Assembly (NCBI GenBank): GCA_902569405.1
Contig: CACFTX010000005.1
Coordinates: forward strand, 11,288 to 75,287
Direction of reading: 5' to 3'
Source of the DNA: an uncultured Pelagibacteraceae bacterium
GTDB lineage: Bacteria > Pseudomonadota > Alphaproteobacteria > Pelagibacterales > Pelagibacteraceae
DNA: 64,000 nt
In this document: positions 55,079-64,000 of the stretch, in pieces
Layout of the letters: every line of letters begins with the position of its first letter
Numbering within the stretch: position 1 is the first letter of the stretch
The notes under the pieces: generated by a model
Told to the model about the DNA's origin: nothing
What the model saw: the letters and a program-made list of their open reading frames with translations, nothing else
The model's database searches: none
Translations under genes and position numbers: made by a program

Positions 55079-56365
55079 ATGAGTGACTATAAAGTTAAAG
55101 ATATATCACAAGCAGAATTTGGAAGAAAAGAAATTTCATTAGCTGAAACCGAGATGCCTGGATTAATGGCGTTAAGAAAAGAATATAAAGGAAAAAGTCC
55201 TCTTAAAGGTGCGAAAATTTTAGGTTGTCTTCATATGACTATACAAACGGCAGTTCTTATTGAAACTCTCGTAAATTTAGGCGCTGAAGTGAGATGGTCT
55301 TCATGCAATATTTTTTCAACTCAAGATCATGCAGCAGCAGCAATAGCAAAAGTAGGAATACCTGTATTTGCTTGGAAAGGTGAAACCGAAGAAGAATATT
55401 GGTGGTGTGTAAAACAAACAATTGAAGGAAAAAAAGACTGGAAACCAAACATGATTCTTGATGATGGTGGAGATTTAACTGCTCTAATGCATAAAGAATA
55501 TAAAGATTTGTTAAAAAATATTAAAGGACTTTCAGAAGAAACTACCACTGGAGTATTAGCTCTTAAAAAAATGGAAGCACAAGGAACATTGTTAGTTCCA
55601 GCTATAAACGTAAACGACTCAGTTACAAAATCTAAGTTTGATAATTTATATGGATGTAGAGAAAGTTTAGTCGATGGGATTAAAAGAGCTACAGACGTAA
55701 TGATGTCCGGAAAAGTAGCTATTGTTGCTGGATTTGGAGATGTTGGTAAAGGAAGTGCTGCCTCACTAAGACAAAGCGGTGCAAGAGTTATGGTTACCGA
55801 AACAGATCCAATATGTGCACTTCAAGCTGCTATGGAAGGATATGAAGTAGTTTTAATGGACGAAATGATTAAAGAAGCTGATATAGTTGTTACTGCTACA
55901 GGAAATAAAGATATTGTTACAGCTGACCATATGAGAATGATGAAAGACAGGGCCATACTTTGTAACATTGGACATTTTGATAATGAAATTCAAGTTGAAG
56001 CTTTAAAAAACTACAAATGGGATGAAATTAAACCCCAAGTTCATGAAATAACTCTTTCGGATAATAAAAGAATTATTTTATTAGCAGAGGGAAGATTAGT
56101 AAATTTAGGCTGTGCCACTGGCCACCCTAGTTTTGTGATGAGTGCCTCGTTTACTAATCAAGTAACTGCTCAAATAGAACTTTGGAATAATTCTGATAAA
56201 TATGAAAAAAAAGTTTATGTTTTGCCAAAACATTTAGATGAAAAAGTAGCAAGATTACATTTAGAAAAAGTTGGAGCAAAACTTACTAAACTTTCCAAAG
56301 AACAAGCAGATTATATTAGTGTAACCACAGAAGGACCTTACAAACCAGATGCCTATCGCTACTAA
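55079..56365 (+). CDS. ahcY: S-adenosyl-L-homocysteine hydrolase
   Basis: The start is placed at ATG 55079 ([19 protein letters not shown]). NAD site [10 protein letters not shown]. Full-length similarity. Confidence 0.96.
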   Translation: MSDYKVKDISQAEFGRKEISLAETEMPGLMALRKEYKGKSPLKGAKILGCLHMTIQTAVLIETLVNLGAEVRWSSCNIFSTQDHAAAAIAKVGIPVFAWKGETEEEYWWCVKQTIEGKKDWKPNMILDDGGDLTALMHKEYKDLLKNIKGLSEETTTGVLALKKMEAQGTLLVPAINVNDSVTKSKFDNLYGCRESLVDGIKRATDVMMSGKVAIVAGFGDVGKGSAASLRQSGARVMVTETDPICALQAAMEGYEVVLMDEMIKEADIVVTATGNKDIVTADHMRMMKDRAILCNIGHFDNEIQVEALKNYKWDEIKPQVHEITLSDNKRIILLAEGRLVNLGCATGHPSFVMSASFTNQVTAQIELWNNSDKYEKKVYVLPKHLDEKVARLHLEKVGAKLTKLSKEQADYISVTTEGPYKPDAYRY

Positions 56366-56802
56366 AAGTAGCAAATACGATATTTCAAAGGAAAGCGCTA
56401 CAGCTAAAATATCAAAAAAACTCTCTACAATAGTTAAAAAAGGTGATGTATTATTTTTTTATGGTGAGATTGGAGTGGGAAAAACGACTTTTATAAGATA
56501 TCTGATTAACAACCTCCAAAAAAAAGAATCGATTAAAATTAACAGAAGTGCCCAGTCCAACATTCAATTTATTGAATGAATATGAGATTAAAGAGTTATT
56601 AATTCAGCATTATGATTTATTTAGATTAAAAAATATAAATGAAACAAAAAATATAGGTTTGTTGGAAAATTGTAATAATGTTTTGACATTGGTTGAATGG
56701 CCTGAAAAAATTAAAAAAAAACCAAAAAGTAGAATCGAGTTAATATTCGAATATAAATCAAAGTTAGATCAAAGAATTTTGAAAATAAATGATTTTAGGT
56801 AA
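56349..56802 (+). pseudogene. tsaE: tRNA t6A37 biosynthesis ATPase TsaE, interrupted by a +1 frameshift near 56541-56542
   Basis: ORF 56349-56579 has Walker A GEIGVGKTTF. ORF 56548-56802, in the +1 frame, has PSPTFNLLNEY, HYDLFRL and VEWPE. Removing one A restores a protein of about 150 aa. Confidence 0.8.
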
Positions 56803-57751
56803 AAAATTTCTAAAAAAAATAAGAGGAGATGCATCTTTTAGAATTTTTTATAGGAAAAAAAATAAAAAAAAAACATCTATTTTTGTTATTGCTAAAAGAG
56901 AGAAAGAGAAAAATCTTTTAATCTATGATGCGATTAATAAATTACTATCTAAAAACGGGATAAGAGCACCTAAACTTTTAAGTCATAACTATAATCAAAA
57001 TTATATCGAGATCCAAGATTTTGGAGAAATTTCAATTTATTCAATATTAAGAAACAAAAAAAAAAAATTACAAATATTTAAAAAAATAATTTTATTACTT
57101 AATAAGCTCCAAAAGATAAATACTAAAAAAATAAAAAATTTTAAAAATAAAAATTATAGACTGCCTATTTACTCAAAAAAATTGTTATTTAATGAAACTA
57201 AACTTTTTTTAAAATGGTATGTCCCAAAAATATTGATAAAGAAAAAATCTTTAGTATTAAATAAAAAACTTACAAATGAGTTTAATTTATTATTATCAAA
57301 AATAAAATTAAAAAATAATATATTTGTACATAGAGATTTTCATGTTTCTAATTTGATGAAAGTAAAAAAACAAATTGGAATTTTAGATAGTCAAGATGCG
57401 CTATTTGGCAATAAAGCTTATGATTTAGCATCACTAATTGATGATGTTAGATTAAAAACTTCATTTAGTTTAAAAAATTCAATTTATAATTACTACGTTC
57501 AAACAAATAAAAAACAAATAAATGAAAATTATTTTAGAAATGATTTTGAAATATTGTCAGTATTAAGAAATTTAAAAATAATTGGTATTTTTACAAGATT
57601 AGCTACCAGAGATAAAAAAAAAAAATATTTAAAATTAATTCCCTATGCTTGGAAATTGATAGAAAATAGAATTAATAATAATATAATTTTTGCAGATTTA
57701 AAAAATTATTTAGATGATAATTTTTCAATGAAGACTAGAATGAAAAAATGA
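56789..57751 (+). CDS. amgK: aminoglycoside-phosphotransferase-fold sugar kinase (AmgK-like anomeric MurNAc/GlcNAc kinase)
   Basis: 320 aa with GDASFRIFYR, catalytic loop HRDFHVSNLM and ILDSQDA. Shows the conserved tsaE-amgK-murU arrangement. Confidence 0.72.
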   Translation: MILGKKFLKKIRGDASFRIFYRKKNKKKTSIFVIAKREKEKNLLIYDAINKLLSKNGIRAPKLLSHNYNQNYIEIQDFGEISIYSILRNKKKKLQIFKKIILLLNKLQKINTKKIKNFKNKNYRLPIYSKKLLFNETKLFLKWYVPKILIKKKSLVLNKKLTNEFNLLLSKIKLKNNIFVHRDFHVSNLMKVKKQIGILDSQDALFGNKAYDLASLIDDVRLKTSFSLKNSIYNYYVQTNKKQINENYFRNDFEILSVLRNLKIIGIFTRLATRDKKKKYLKLIPYAWKLIENRINNNIIFADLKNYLDDNFSMKTRMKK

Positions 57752-58440
57752 ATATTAATACTGCTATAATTTTATGTGCAGGTTTTGGTAAGAGGCTTAA
57801 TCCTTTAACTTTAAAAATACCTAAGCCACTTTTAAAAGTTAATGATGTTACCTTATTAGAAAATACAATTAATCTAGTAATAAAACTAGGTATTAAAAAA
57901 ATTAAATTAAATACTTATTATTTACAAGAGCAAATAAAAGACTACGTAGATAAAAAAAAATTTAAAATTGAAATAGAAATAATCAGTGATGGCGAAAAAA
58001 TTTTAGATACGGGTGGTGGTATTTTTAATATGATCCAAAGTTCAAACGATGAGAATTTTATAATTTTTAATCCTGACACTATTTGGAGTTTAAATTATCT
58101 AAAAGAAATTAATGAAATGAAAGATTTTTATTTAACTAAAGGAATGGAAAATATTTTATTGGTTGTAGAAAAAAACTTAAGTTTTGATAAAAATTTTAAT
58201 GGTGATTTTAGTTTAAAAAAAAATTTTTTACAAAAAGAAAGTATTAACAATTATATTTACACTGGTTGTCAAATAATAAATAAGAAAATCTTTGAGCATG
58301 TTAAGAATAAAAGTTTTTCAATTGTGGAAATATGGAATAATTTAATTTCTGAAAAAAAATTATTTGGCTTTGAAAGTAAAAACAAATTTTTACATGTTAC
58401 AAATATAGAAGTTTATAATAATTTGTTAAAAAACAATTAG
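57748..58440 (+). CDS. murU: sugar-1-phosphate nucleotidyltransferase (MurU-like MurNAc-1-P uridylyltransferase)
   Basis: 230 aa with AIILCAGFGKRLNPLTLKIPKPLL. Overlaps the amgK stop. Confidence 0.72.
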   Translation: MNINTAIILCAGFGKRLNPLTLKIPKPLLKVNDVTLLENTINLVIKLGIKKIKLNTYYLQEQIKDYVDKKKFKIEIEIISDGEKILDTGGGIFNMIQSSNDENFIIFNPDTIWSLNYLKEINEMKDFYLTKGMENILLVVEKNLSFDKNFNGDFSLKKNFLQKESINNYIYTGCQIINKKIFEHVKNKSFSIVEIWNNLISEKKLFGFESKNKFLHVTNIEVYNNLLKNN

Positions 58441-59148
58441 ATCTTTTGCTCTAGATTCATCTAAATATTTACATTTAATAATTTGATTATTCTTGTCAAA
58501 ATTAATAATTAATGGGTTGCCAGTTGGGATTTCAAGTGAGGAAATTTTTTTTTCATTTAATTTAAATAAATATTTGCATAGTGATCTTATGGAATTTCCG
58601 TGTGCTACCACAAGGACATTTTTATTTTTAATTAATTTATTTTCAATATTACTTTTGTAATAAGGTATTACTCTATTGTATGTATCTTCTAATGATTCTG
58701 AATCAGGAATATTTTCTTTAGAAATACTTTTATATGCTTCAATATTAATTGGATGATAGGGGTTATTTTTGTCTAAAGGGTCAGGTTTAATGTTCCAAGA
58801 TCTTCTAAATTCATGTATTTTTTTTTCTCCAAGCTTTTTTTTCATTTCATCTTTGTTAAGTCCAGTAAGAGCTCCATAGTGTCTTTCGTTTAGCTCCCAC
58901 GCTTTTTCAAAATTATCTTTAATTCTCATGGTATTAAGAATTAGTTTTAGGGTATTAATTGCTCTTAATTGTATTGAGGAAAAAAAATAATCAATTTTTA
59001 TATTTTTTTCTTTAATAAGTTCACCTGATTTACATGCTTCCAATTTTCCTTTAGGAGCTAGGTCAACATCTACCCATCCGGTAAATCTTTTCTGCAAGTT
59101 CCATTCACTTTGACCATGTCTAATTAAAATTAAATGACTCATTATCAA
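58426..59148 (-). CDS. gpmA: 2,3-bisphosphoglycerate-dependent phosphoglycerate mutase
   Basis: 240 aa with LILIRHGQSEWN and VVAHGNSIR. Confidence 0.92.
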   Translation of the reverse strand: MIMSHLILIRHGQSEWNLQKRFTGWVDVDLAPKGKLEACKSGELIKEKNIKIDYFFSSIQLRAINTLKLILNTMRIKDNFEKAWELNERHYGALTGLNKDEMKKKLGEKKIHEFRRSWNIKPDPLDKNNPYHPINIEAYKSISKENIPDSESLEDTYNRVIPYYKSNIENKLIKNKNVLVVAHGNSIRSLCKYLFKLNEKKISSLEIPTGNPLIINFDKNNQIIKCKYLDESRAKDLIVF

Positions 59149-59174
59149 ATTTTATTTATAAGACTATTTTATAT

Positions 59175-59543
59175 ATGACAAAATTAATATTTCATATTTT
59201 AAATATAATATTTACAATTTTTTATCTATATCCAGGTAGTATTCTTGGGTTTATTTTTTATAGAAGTTTCAGTAAACAACCACAGATAACACCAGATTTA
59301 ATTGTATCATCTAATCATCTATACGCATTTAGTGTATTGTCTTTTCTGGGCTTTATTAATTATTATAAAAGTCATAAAAATTTAATAATTTCTTATTTTT
59401 TTTTAATTTCAATATTTTTTGAGCTTTTTCATATGATTATTCCTAACAGAAGTTTTCAATTTTCAGATTTATTTGGTAATATAGCAGGTGTTTTGTTTTC
59501 ATTAATATTAATTAATATTTGGAAAAAAAATGAGCTCATTTGA
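59175..59543 (+). CDS. VanZ-like small membrane protein
   Basis: 122 aa with 4 TM segments and the VanZ-type motif ELFHMIIPNRSFQFSDLFGNIAG. Confidence 0.6.
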   Translation: MTKLIFHILNIIFTIFYLYPGSILGFIFYRSFSKQPQITPDLIVSSNHLYAFSVLSFLGFINYYKSHKNLIISYFFLISIFFELFHMIIPNRSFQFSDLFGNIAGVLFSLILINIWKKNELI

Positions 59544-59838
59544 TGAAAGAGAAAAAAGTTTTGAAAAAAAATTTGCCCATGACGAAGAAAAACAATTTAA
59601 GATTAGTGCTAGAAGAAATAAATATCTTGGGGAATGGGCTTCAAAAATTTTGAATTATAATTCTGATCAAGAAAAAGAATATATACAAGCTGTAATAAAA
59701 GCTGATTTTAAAGAACAAGGTGATGAAGACGTTTTTAAAAAAATTAAGGAAGACTTAAATCTACACAATATTTCTGATGATCAAATAAGGGAAAAAATGA
59801 AAGAGCTTAATGAAAAAGCAAAATCTGAATTTAAGTAA
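59530..59838 (+). CDS. alphaproteobacterial F1-ATPase inhibitor zeta subunit (DUF1476)
   Basis: 102 aa. MSSFDEREKSFEKKFAHDEEKQFKISARRNKYLGEWA...GDEDVFKKI closely parallels the Paracoccus zeta subunit pattern. Confidence 0.8.
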   Translation: MSSFDEREKSFEKKFAHDEEKQFKISARRNKYLGEWASKILNYNSDQEKEYIQAVIKADFKEQGDEDVFKKIKEDLNLHNISDDQIREKMKELNEKAKSEFK

Positions 59839-60421
59839 TTTTCTAATATTTTTCTTTTTATTAATTTTATCTTCTTGTTCTTCAATACCAAAAAATACTG
59901 CCGATGGTTGTTCAATATTTTCAGATCGGTATTTATGGTATAAACATGCAAAAAAAACTGAAAAGAAATGGGGAACTCCAATTCATATTCAATTGGCAAT
60001 TATTAAAATGGAGTCTGATTTTAATTGGCTAGCTAAACCAAAAAGGAAAAAAATATTTAAAATCATACCTTATAAAAGACCTTCAAGTTCTTTAGGTTAC
60101 TCTCAAGCTGTAAAAGGTACTTGGAAACAATACAAAAATGAAACTGGAAAAAAACTTGCTGTAAGAACTAGATTTAAGGACAGCGTTGATTTTATAGGTT
60201 GGTATACTAACAAGACAGAAAAATTATTAAAAATTTCAAAAAATGACGCTTTTAAACAGTACATTGCTTATCACGAAGGTTGGGGTAATTATAAAAATTA
60301 TAAAAGAAATCAAAAAGTTATAATTTTAGCCAAAAAGGTAAAAAAAAATTCTGAAAGATACAAAGATCAACTTAAAAAATGTGGCAAATCTTTAAATAGA
60401 AAAAAATACCTTATTTTTTAA
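59810..60421 (+). CDS. lipoprotein with SLT-like lytic transglycosylase motifs
   Basis: 203 aa with lipobox LILSS/C. Motifs MESDFN (catalytic Glu-Ser), GYSQA and AYHEG. Overlaps the zeta gene by 29 nt. Confidence 0.55.
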   Translation: MKKQNLNLSNFLIFFFLLILSSCSSIPKNTADGCSIFSDRYLWYKHAKKTEKKWGTPIHIQLAIIKMESDFNWLAKPKRKKIFKIIPYKRPSSSLGYSQAVKGTWKQYKNETGKKLAVRTRFKDSVDFIGWYTNKTEKLLKISKNDAFKQYIAYHEGWGNYKNYKRNQKVIILAKKVKKNSERYKDQLKKCGKSLNRKKYLIF

Positions 60422-63400
60422 CCAAGCTCTTTTTTTAATTCTATATCAACAGAGTCTATTCTTTTGGTATTTTTTGCTAACGCTAGATACATAGTTGGAG
60501 TTACATATAACGTAAAGAATGTAGAAATTGCCATTCCACCTAATATTGTTGCACCAATTGCAAGTCTAGATCCTTCTCCAGCTCCAGGCCCAATATTTCC
60601 AATGACCAATGGCATCATTGCAATCATAGTGCTTAAAGATGTCATAACAATAGGTCTAAATCGTAGATCACATGCCTCTCTAATTGAATTTTCAATATTT
60701 TTTCCAGCAGCCCTGAGCTGGTTAGCATAATCAACAATTAAAATACTGTTTTTAGTCGAAATTCCAATTAGTATTACTAAAGCAATTTGTGAAAAAATAT
60801 TTATAGAAGTGTTTAAAAATAATATAAACACCAACCCACCAAACACCGCCAAAGGGACAGTCAAAACAATTATAAATGGATGTATAAAGGAGTTAAATGT
60901 TGCTGCCATCACCAAGTAAGCTGTAAGTAAAGCTAGGGCAAAAATAATGTATAGTTCATTACTTGTTTCTTTTAATTCTTCAGACTTTCCTTTCCATGCA
61001 ATTTGTTTTTCTGGAGCAATTTTAGAAATATTTTTTTCTAAATATTTTATTGCTTCGTTTAAAGTATAATTTTCACTTATATTTGCAGATATAGTTACTG
61101 CTCTTTGCCTGTTGTATCTTGATAATTTATTTGCCGATCCTTCTTCTTTAAAATCAACTAAATTTGCTAAAGAAATTAATTTGTTATTATTTTCCGATCT
61201 AACAAAGATTTTACTTAAACCTTCTTTATTTTTTCTATCATCCAGATTTTGTTGTAAAATTATTGGATATTCTTTTCCTAACTTATTGAATTTAGTGACT
61301 ATTTTTCCTCCATAAAGAGTTTCAAGTGTTTCTCCTATAGCTTGAGTAGAAATGCCTAAATCCTTCGCTTTGTTTTTGTTTATGATTAATTTTATTTCAG
61401 GTTTATTTCTTGAATAATCAGATTCAATTCGAGATAAATTTTTATTTTTTCTTAATATTTTAATTAAATCTTCTTGAGTTTTTTCTAAATCTTCATAAGA
61501 ACTTCCTAGAACAACCATTTGCAGAGGTTTATTGTAATTTGAAACCCTTATTGACTGTGGCGATATAGGGAATGCGACAGTTTGAGGAACTGTAACTATT
61601 TTTCCTATTGCTTGTCGCATGATTGTTTGAGAATTTTGACTTCTATTTTTCCATCTATCTAAAAGAGCAATGATTAAGAAACTATTTTCAGATCCAAAGC
61701 CAGGAACTATCATTAGAAATTTATGGTATGGACTTTTGTTAGACTGTAATAATGGGATCAGTCTCTGCTCCACATCTTCAGCTCTCGCTTGAGTATATTG
61801 AAAAGAACTTCCTTCATCTGTAAATCCTATAACCAAATAAGCTCCTCTATCTTCCATTGGAAGTAGCTCTTTTTTTGTAAAATTATATAATAACCCAGAA
61901 CCGATAATCATAAAAATAACAAATAAAGCGATAATTTTTTTTTTATTTAACCAAAATTTTAAAGTTTCTCTGTAAAAGATTAAAAAATTATTAAAAAATT
62001 TATCAAATTTAATAACAAAAAAATTTGTCTTTGTTTTTTTATTTAAAAATTTACTACCCAGCATAGGCGATAAAGTCAGTGCAACAAAAGATGAAACTAC
62101 TATTGCAAAAGATAGGGCAATTGCTGTTTCTCTGAACAAAGTTCCAGATATTCCTTCTATAAAAATTAAAGGAAGAAAAACTGCTATTAAAATTAATGTA
62201 GTAGCAATAATTGCAAATGTTATTTGTTTTGAACCTTTATAAGAAGCAACCAGGGGAGATTCTCCTTTTTCTATTCTTCTGTATATGGCGTCAGTCATTA
62301 TGACCGAGTCGTCAGTTATTATACCTATTGCAAGTATGAAGCTTAATAAAACGAATATATTTATTGATAAATCAAATAAATAAAGTCCCAAAAATGTTGC
62401 AATTAAACTGACTGGTAATGCGATTGCCGGAACAATTACCGCCTTAAGATTTCCTAGAAATAAATAGATTATTAGAACAACTAAAATGAAAGCAATAATC
62501 AAAGTTTTATAAACTTCATTAATTGCTGCGCTAATATAATTTGCTCTATTAAAAGCAATTTCTAAATTAAGATCTTTAGGTAAACTTTTTTTAATTTCTT
62601 TAACTCTTTTTTTAATTTCATTTGAAAGTTCTACAGTTGATGCACCACTTCTTGCATAAATACCAATTCCTACAGTTTTGAGATTTAATGCATCTTTACT
62701 TTGTGATCTAAATAGAGCTTTTTCAGATACCGGCCCAAACTCAATATTTGAAATATCACCAAGTCTAACTACATTATTTTTATCTTTTTTAATTGGTAAT
62801 TGTTTTAGTTGTTCTAGATCATTGTATGATTTGTCTAAATTAATTGTTAAATCAATATTATTTGATTCTAATGTTCCAGCAGGCAAACTAACATTCTCAT
62901 TTCTTAATGCATTTTCAACCTCCTGTATCGTTAAATTGTTAGCAGCTAGTTTAATTGGGTTTATCCAAACTCTTACACTTAATTCTCTTAGTCCTCCAAT
63001 TCTAATTCTTCCAACATTTTTTACACTTGAAAACTGATCTACCAAATATCTTTCAGCATAATCTCCAAGCTCTAAATCGCTCCAAGAGGCAGAAGACAAA
63101 GCAATCCACATGGTTGTGGTAAATCCTGCTGCTTGTTTAAGTATTTGGGGAGGGTTAGCTTCCGAAGGCAAATTATCAACCACTCTTGCAACTCTTTCTC
63201 TAATGTCATTTGCAGCATCATCTAAATCAATATCTGTGTCAAATTCAATATTAATAGTACTTTTTCCGTTCTCAGATTTAGAATCAATATTTTTAATTCC
63301 TTCAGCACCGCCAATTACATCTTCAATTACTTGTGTTACTTCTTCATCAATTATGGGTGCTGATGCAGATTTATACTCGACTTTAATTTGAACAACAGGA

Positions 63401-63528
63401 GGTTGTATACCCGAAGGTAGCTCTCTTACTGGTAATTTCCAAAAAACAAAAAGACCAAATACTACGAGTATAAGGGACATTACCCACGATACCACTGGCC
63501 TTCTTATACTTACTTCAGTTATATACAT
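60418..63528 (-). CDS. RND (AcrB/HAE1-type) efflux transporter inner membrane subunit
   Basis: 1036 aa with 12 TM segments, two large periplasmic loops and RND motifs throughout. Confidence 0.93.
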   Translation of the reverse strand: MYITEVSIRRPVVSWVMSLILVVFGLFVFWKLPVRELPSGIQPPVVQIKVEYKSASAPIIDEEVTQVIEDVIGGAEGIKNIDSKSENGKSTINIEFDTDIDLDDAANDIRERVARVVDNLPSEANPPQILKQAAGFTTTMWIALSSASWSDLELGDYAERYLVDQFSSVKNVGRIRIGGLRELSVRVWINPIKLAANNLTIQEVENALRNENVSLPAGTLESNNIDLTINLDKSYNDLEQLKQLPIKKDKNNVVRLGDISNIEFGPVSEKALFRSQSKDALNLKTVGIGIYARSGASTVELSNEIKKRVKEIKKSLPKDLNLEIAFNRANYISAAINEVYKTLIIAFILVVLIIYLFLGNLKAVIVPAIALPVSLIATFLGLYLFDLSINIFVLLSFILAIGIITDDSVIMTDAIYRRIEKGESPLVASYKGSKQITFAIIATTLILIAVFLPLIFIEGISGTLFRETAIALSFAIVVSSFVALTLSPMLGSKFLNKKTKTNFFVIKFDKFFNNFLIFYRETLKFWLNKKKIIALFVIFMIIGSGLLYNFTKKELLPMEDRGAYLVIGFTDEGSSFQYTQARAEDVEQRLIPLLQSNKSPYHKFLMIVPGFGSENSFLIIALLDRWKNRSQNSQTIMRQAIGKIVTVPQTVAFPISPQSIRVSNYNKPLQMVVLGSSYEDLEKTQEDLIKILRKNKNLSRIESDYSRNKPEIKLIINKNKAKDLGISTQAIGETLETLYGGKIVTKFNKLGKEYPIILQQNLDDRKNKEGLSKIFVRSENNNKLISLANLVDFKEEGSANKLSRYNRQRAVTISANISENYTLNEAIKYLEKNISKIAPEKQIAWKGKSEELKETSNELYIIFALALLTAYLVMAATFNSFIHPFIIVLTVPLAVFGGLVFILFLNTSINIFSQIALVILIGISTKNSILIVDYANQLRAAGKNIENSIREACDLRFRPIVMTSLSTMIAMMPLVIGNIGPGAGEGSRLAIGATILGGMAISTFFTLYVTPTMYLALAKNTKRIDSVDIELKKELG

Positions 63529-64000
63529 TTAATTATTAATTGGTTTAATTTTTCCTTTTGGATTAATTTTTTTTAATCCTTCTGCTACGATAATATTTCC
63601 TTCAACTAAACCATCTAAGATTTCAACAAATCCTTGGTCTCTGCTTCCAATTTTTATTTCAATTTTTTTTACTGAATTATCTTCCAAGACCTTGTAAACA
63701 TATGCTTTATTACCTTCTAGCATTATGCTTGTATCAGGAACTCCCAAAGATTTTCTTTGTTTAAATTTTACAGTTACCTCTAACAAAGATCCAGGAATTA
63801 GTTCAAATTTTTCATTCTTAATTTTTATTCTTGTTAAAACGCTTCTCGTTTCGGCATTAATTCTGCTAGATACACCTTCAACTTTTCCAGTAAAAATTTT
63901 GTACTTATTCCCTGAAAATTTTGCTTCAATTGGAAGTCCTTTTTTTAAAATAGGGGCAAAGGTTTCTGGTATTTTAAGATCAGAATAAATGATTGAACTA
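63529..64000 (-). CDS. RND efflux membrane fusion protein (partial; the N-terminus lies beyond the window end)
   Basis: The reading frame stays open from the window edge to the stop at 63529. It encodes MFP beta-barrel and C-terminal sequence (...FTGKVEGVSSRINAETRSVLTRIKIKN...). The gene directly abuts the RND pump start. Confidence 0.8.
   Translation of the reverse strand, partial: SSIIYSDLKIPETFAPILKKGLPIEAKFSGNKYKIFTGKVEGVSSRINAETRSVLTRIKIKNEKFELIPGSLLEVTVKFKQRKSLGVPDTSIMLEGNKAYVYKVLEDNSVKKIEIKIGSRDQGFVEILDGLVEGNIIVAEGLKKINPKGKIKPINN

Noticed and set aside
63725-63988. An 87-aa plus-strand ORF at the window end.
   Set aside because: It is antisense to an uninterrupted membrane-fusion-protein reading frame that continues to the window edge.

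Overview
The window reads as an AT-rich (roughly 30% GC by eye), very gene-dense stretch of core chromosome from a streamlined marine alphaproteobacterium. Composition, gene order and tiny spacers resemble Pelagibacterales/SAR11, but that assignment is inference and was not searched. About 60 genes are packed with many start/stop overlaps and roughly 96-97% coding. They include sdh(D)AB, a divergent mmsA / Fe-alcohol dehydrogenase pair with a DctPQM TRAP transporter, mdh-sucCDAB-lpdA, priA and atpHAGDC. A long minus-strand operon runs rplU-rpmA-obg-proBA-nadD-rsfS-ctpA-rppH. Also present are metX-metW-gloB behind a SAM-II-like pseudoknot leader, hisC-tyrC, and trkH-ampG-NlpC/P60-TPR-sulfotransferase. 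Further genes are class I lysyl-tRNA synthetase, pyrD, rpmB-yhhQ, and a decarboxylase / deoxyhypusine-synthase-like / ureohydrolase operon. The rest are regA, bioY, an ABC ATPase, polA, chvI-chvG, ahcY, a frameshifted tsaE, amgK-murU, gpmA, the ATPase inhibitor zeta subunit and an RND efflux pair. I found no tRNA or rRNA genes, transposases, integrases, CRISPR arrays, phage genes or recognisable defence genes, so this looks like ordinary core genome and I cannot point to a clearly novel multi-gene system. The items most worth a second look are the bacterial DHS-like + ureohydrolase + decarboxylase operon, a cytoplasmic TPR-sulfotransferase translationally coupled to peptidoglycan-recycling genes, and the split tsaE. 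Next are the mmsA/Fe-ADH/TRAP module, the metX leader, a 57-bp in-frame tandem duplication in sucB, and the near-absence of terminators, with several convergent genes overlapping at their 3' ends. All calls come from reading the sequence and ORF translations. No database search or folding program was run.
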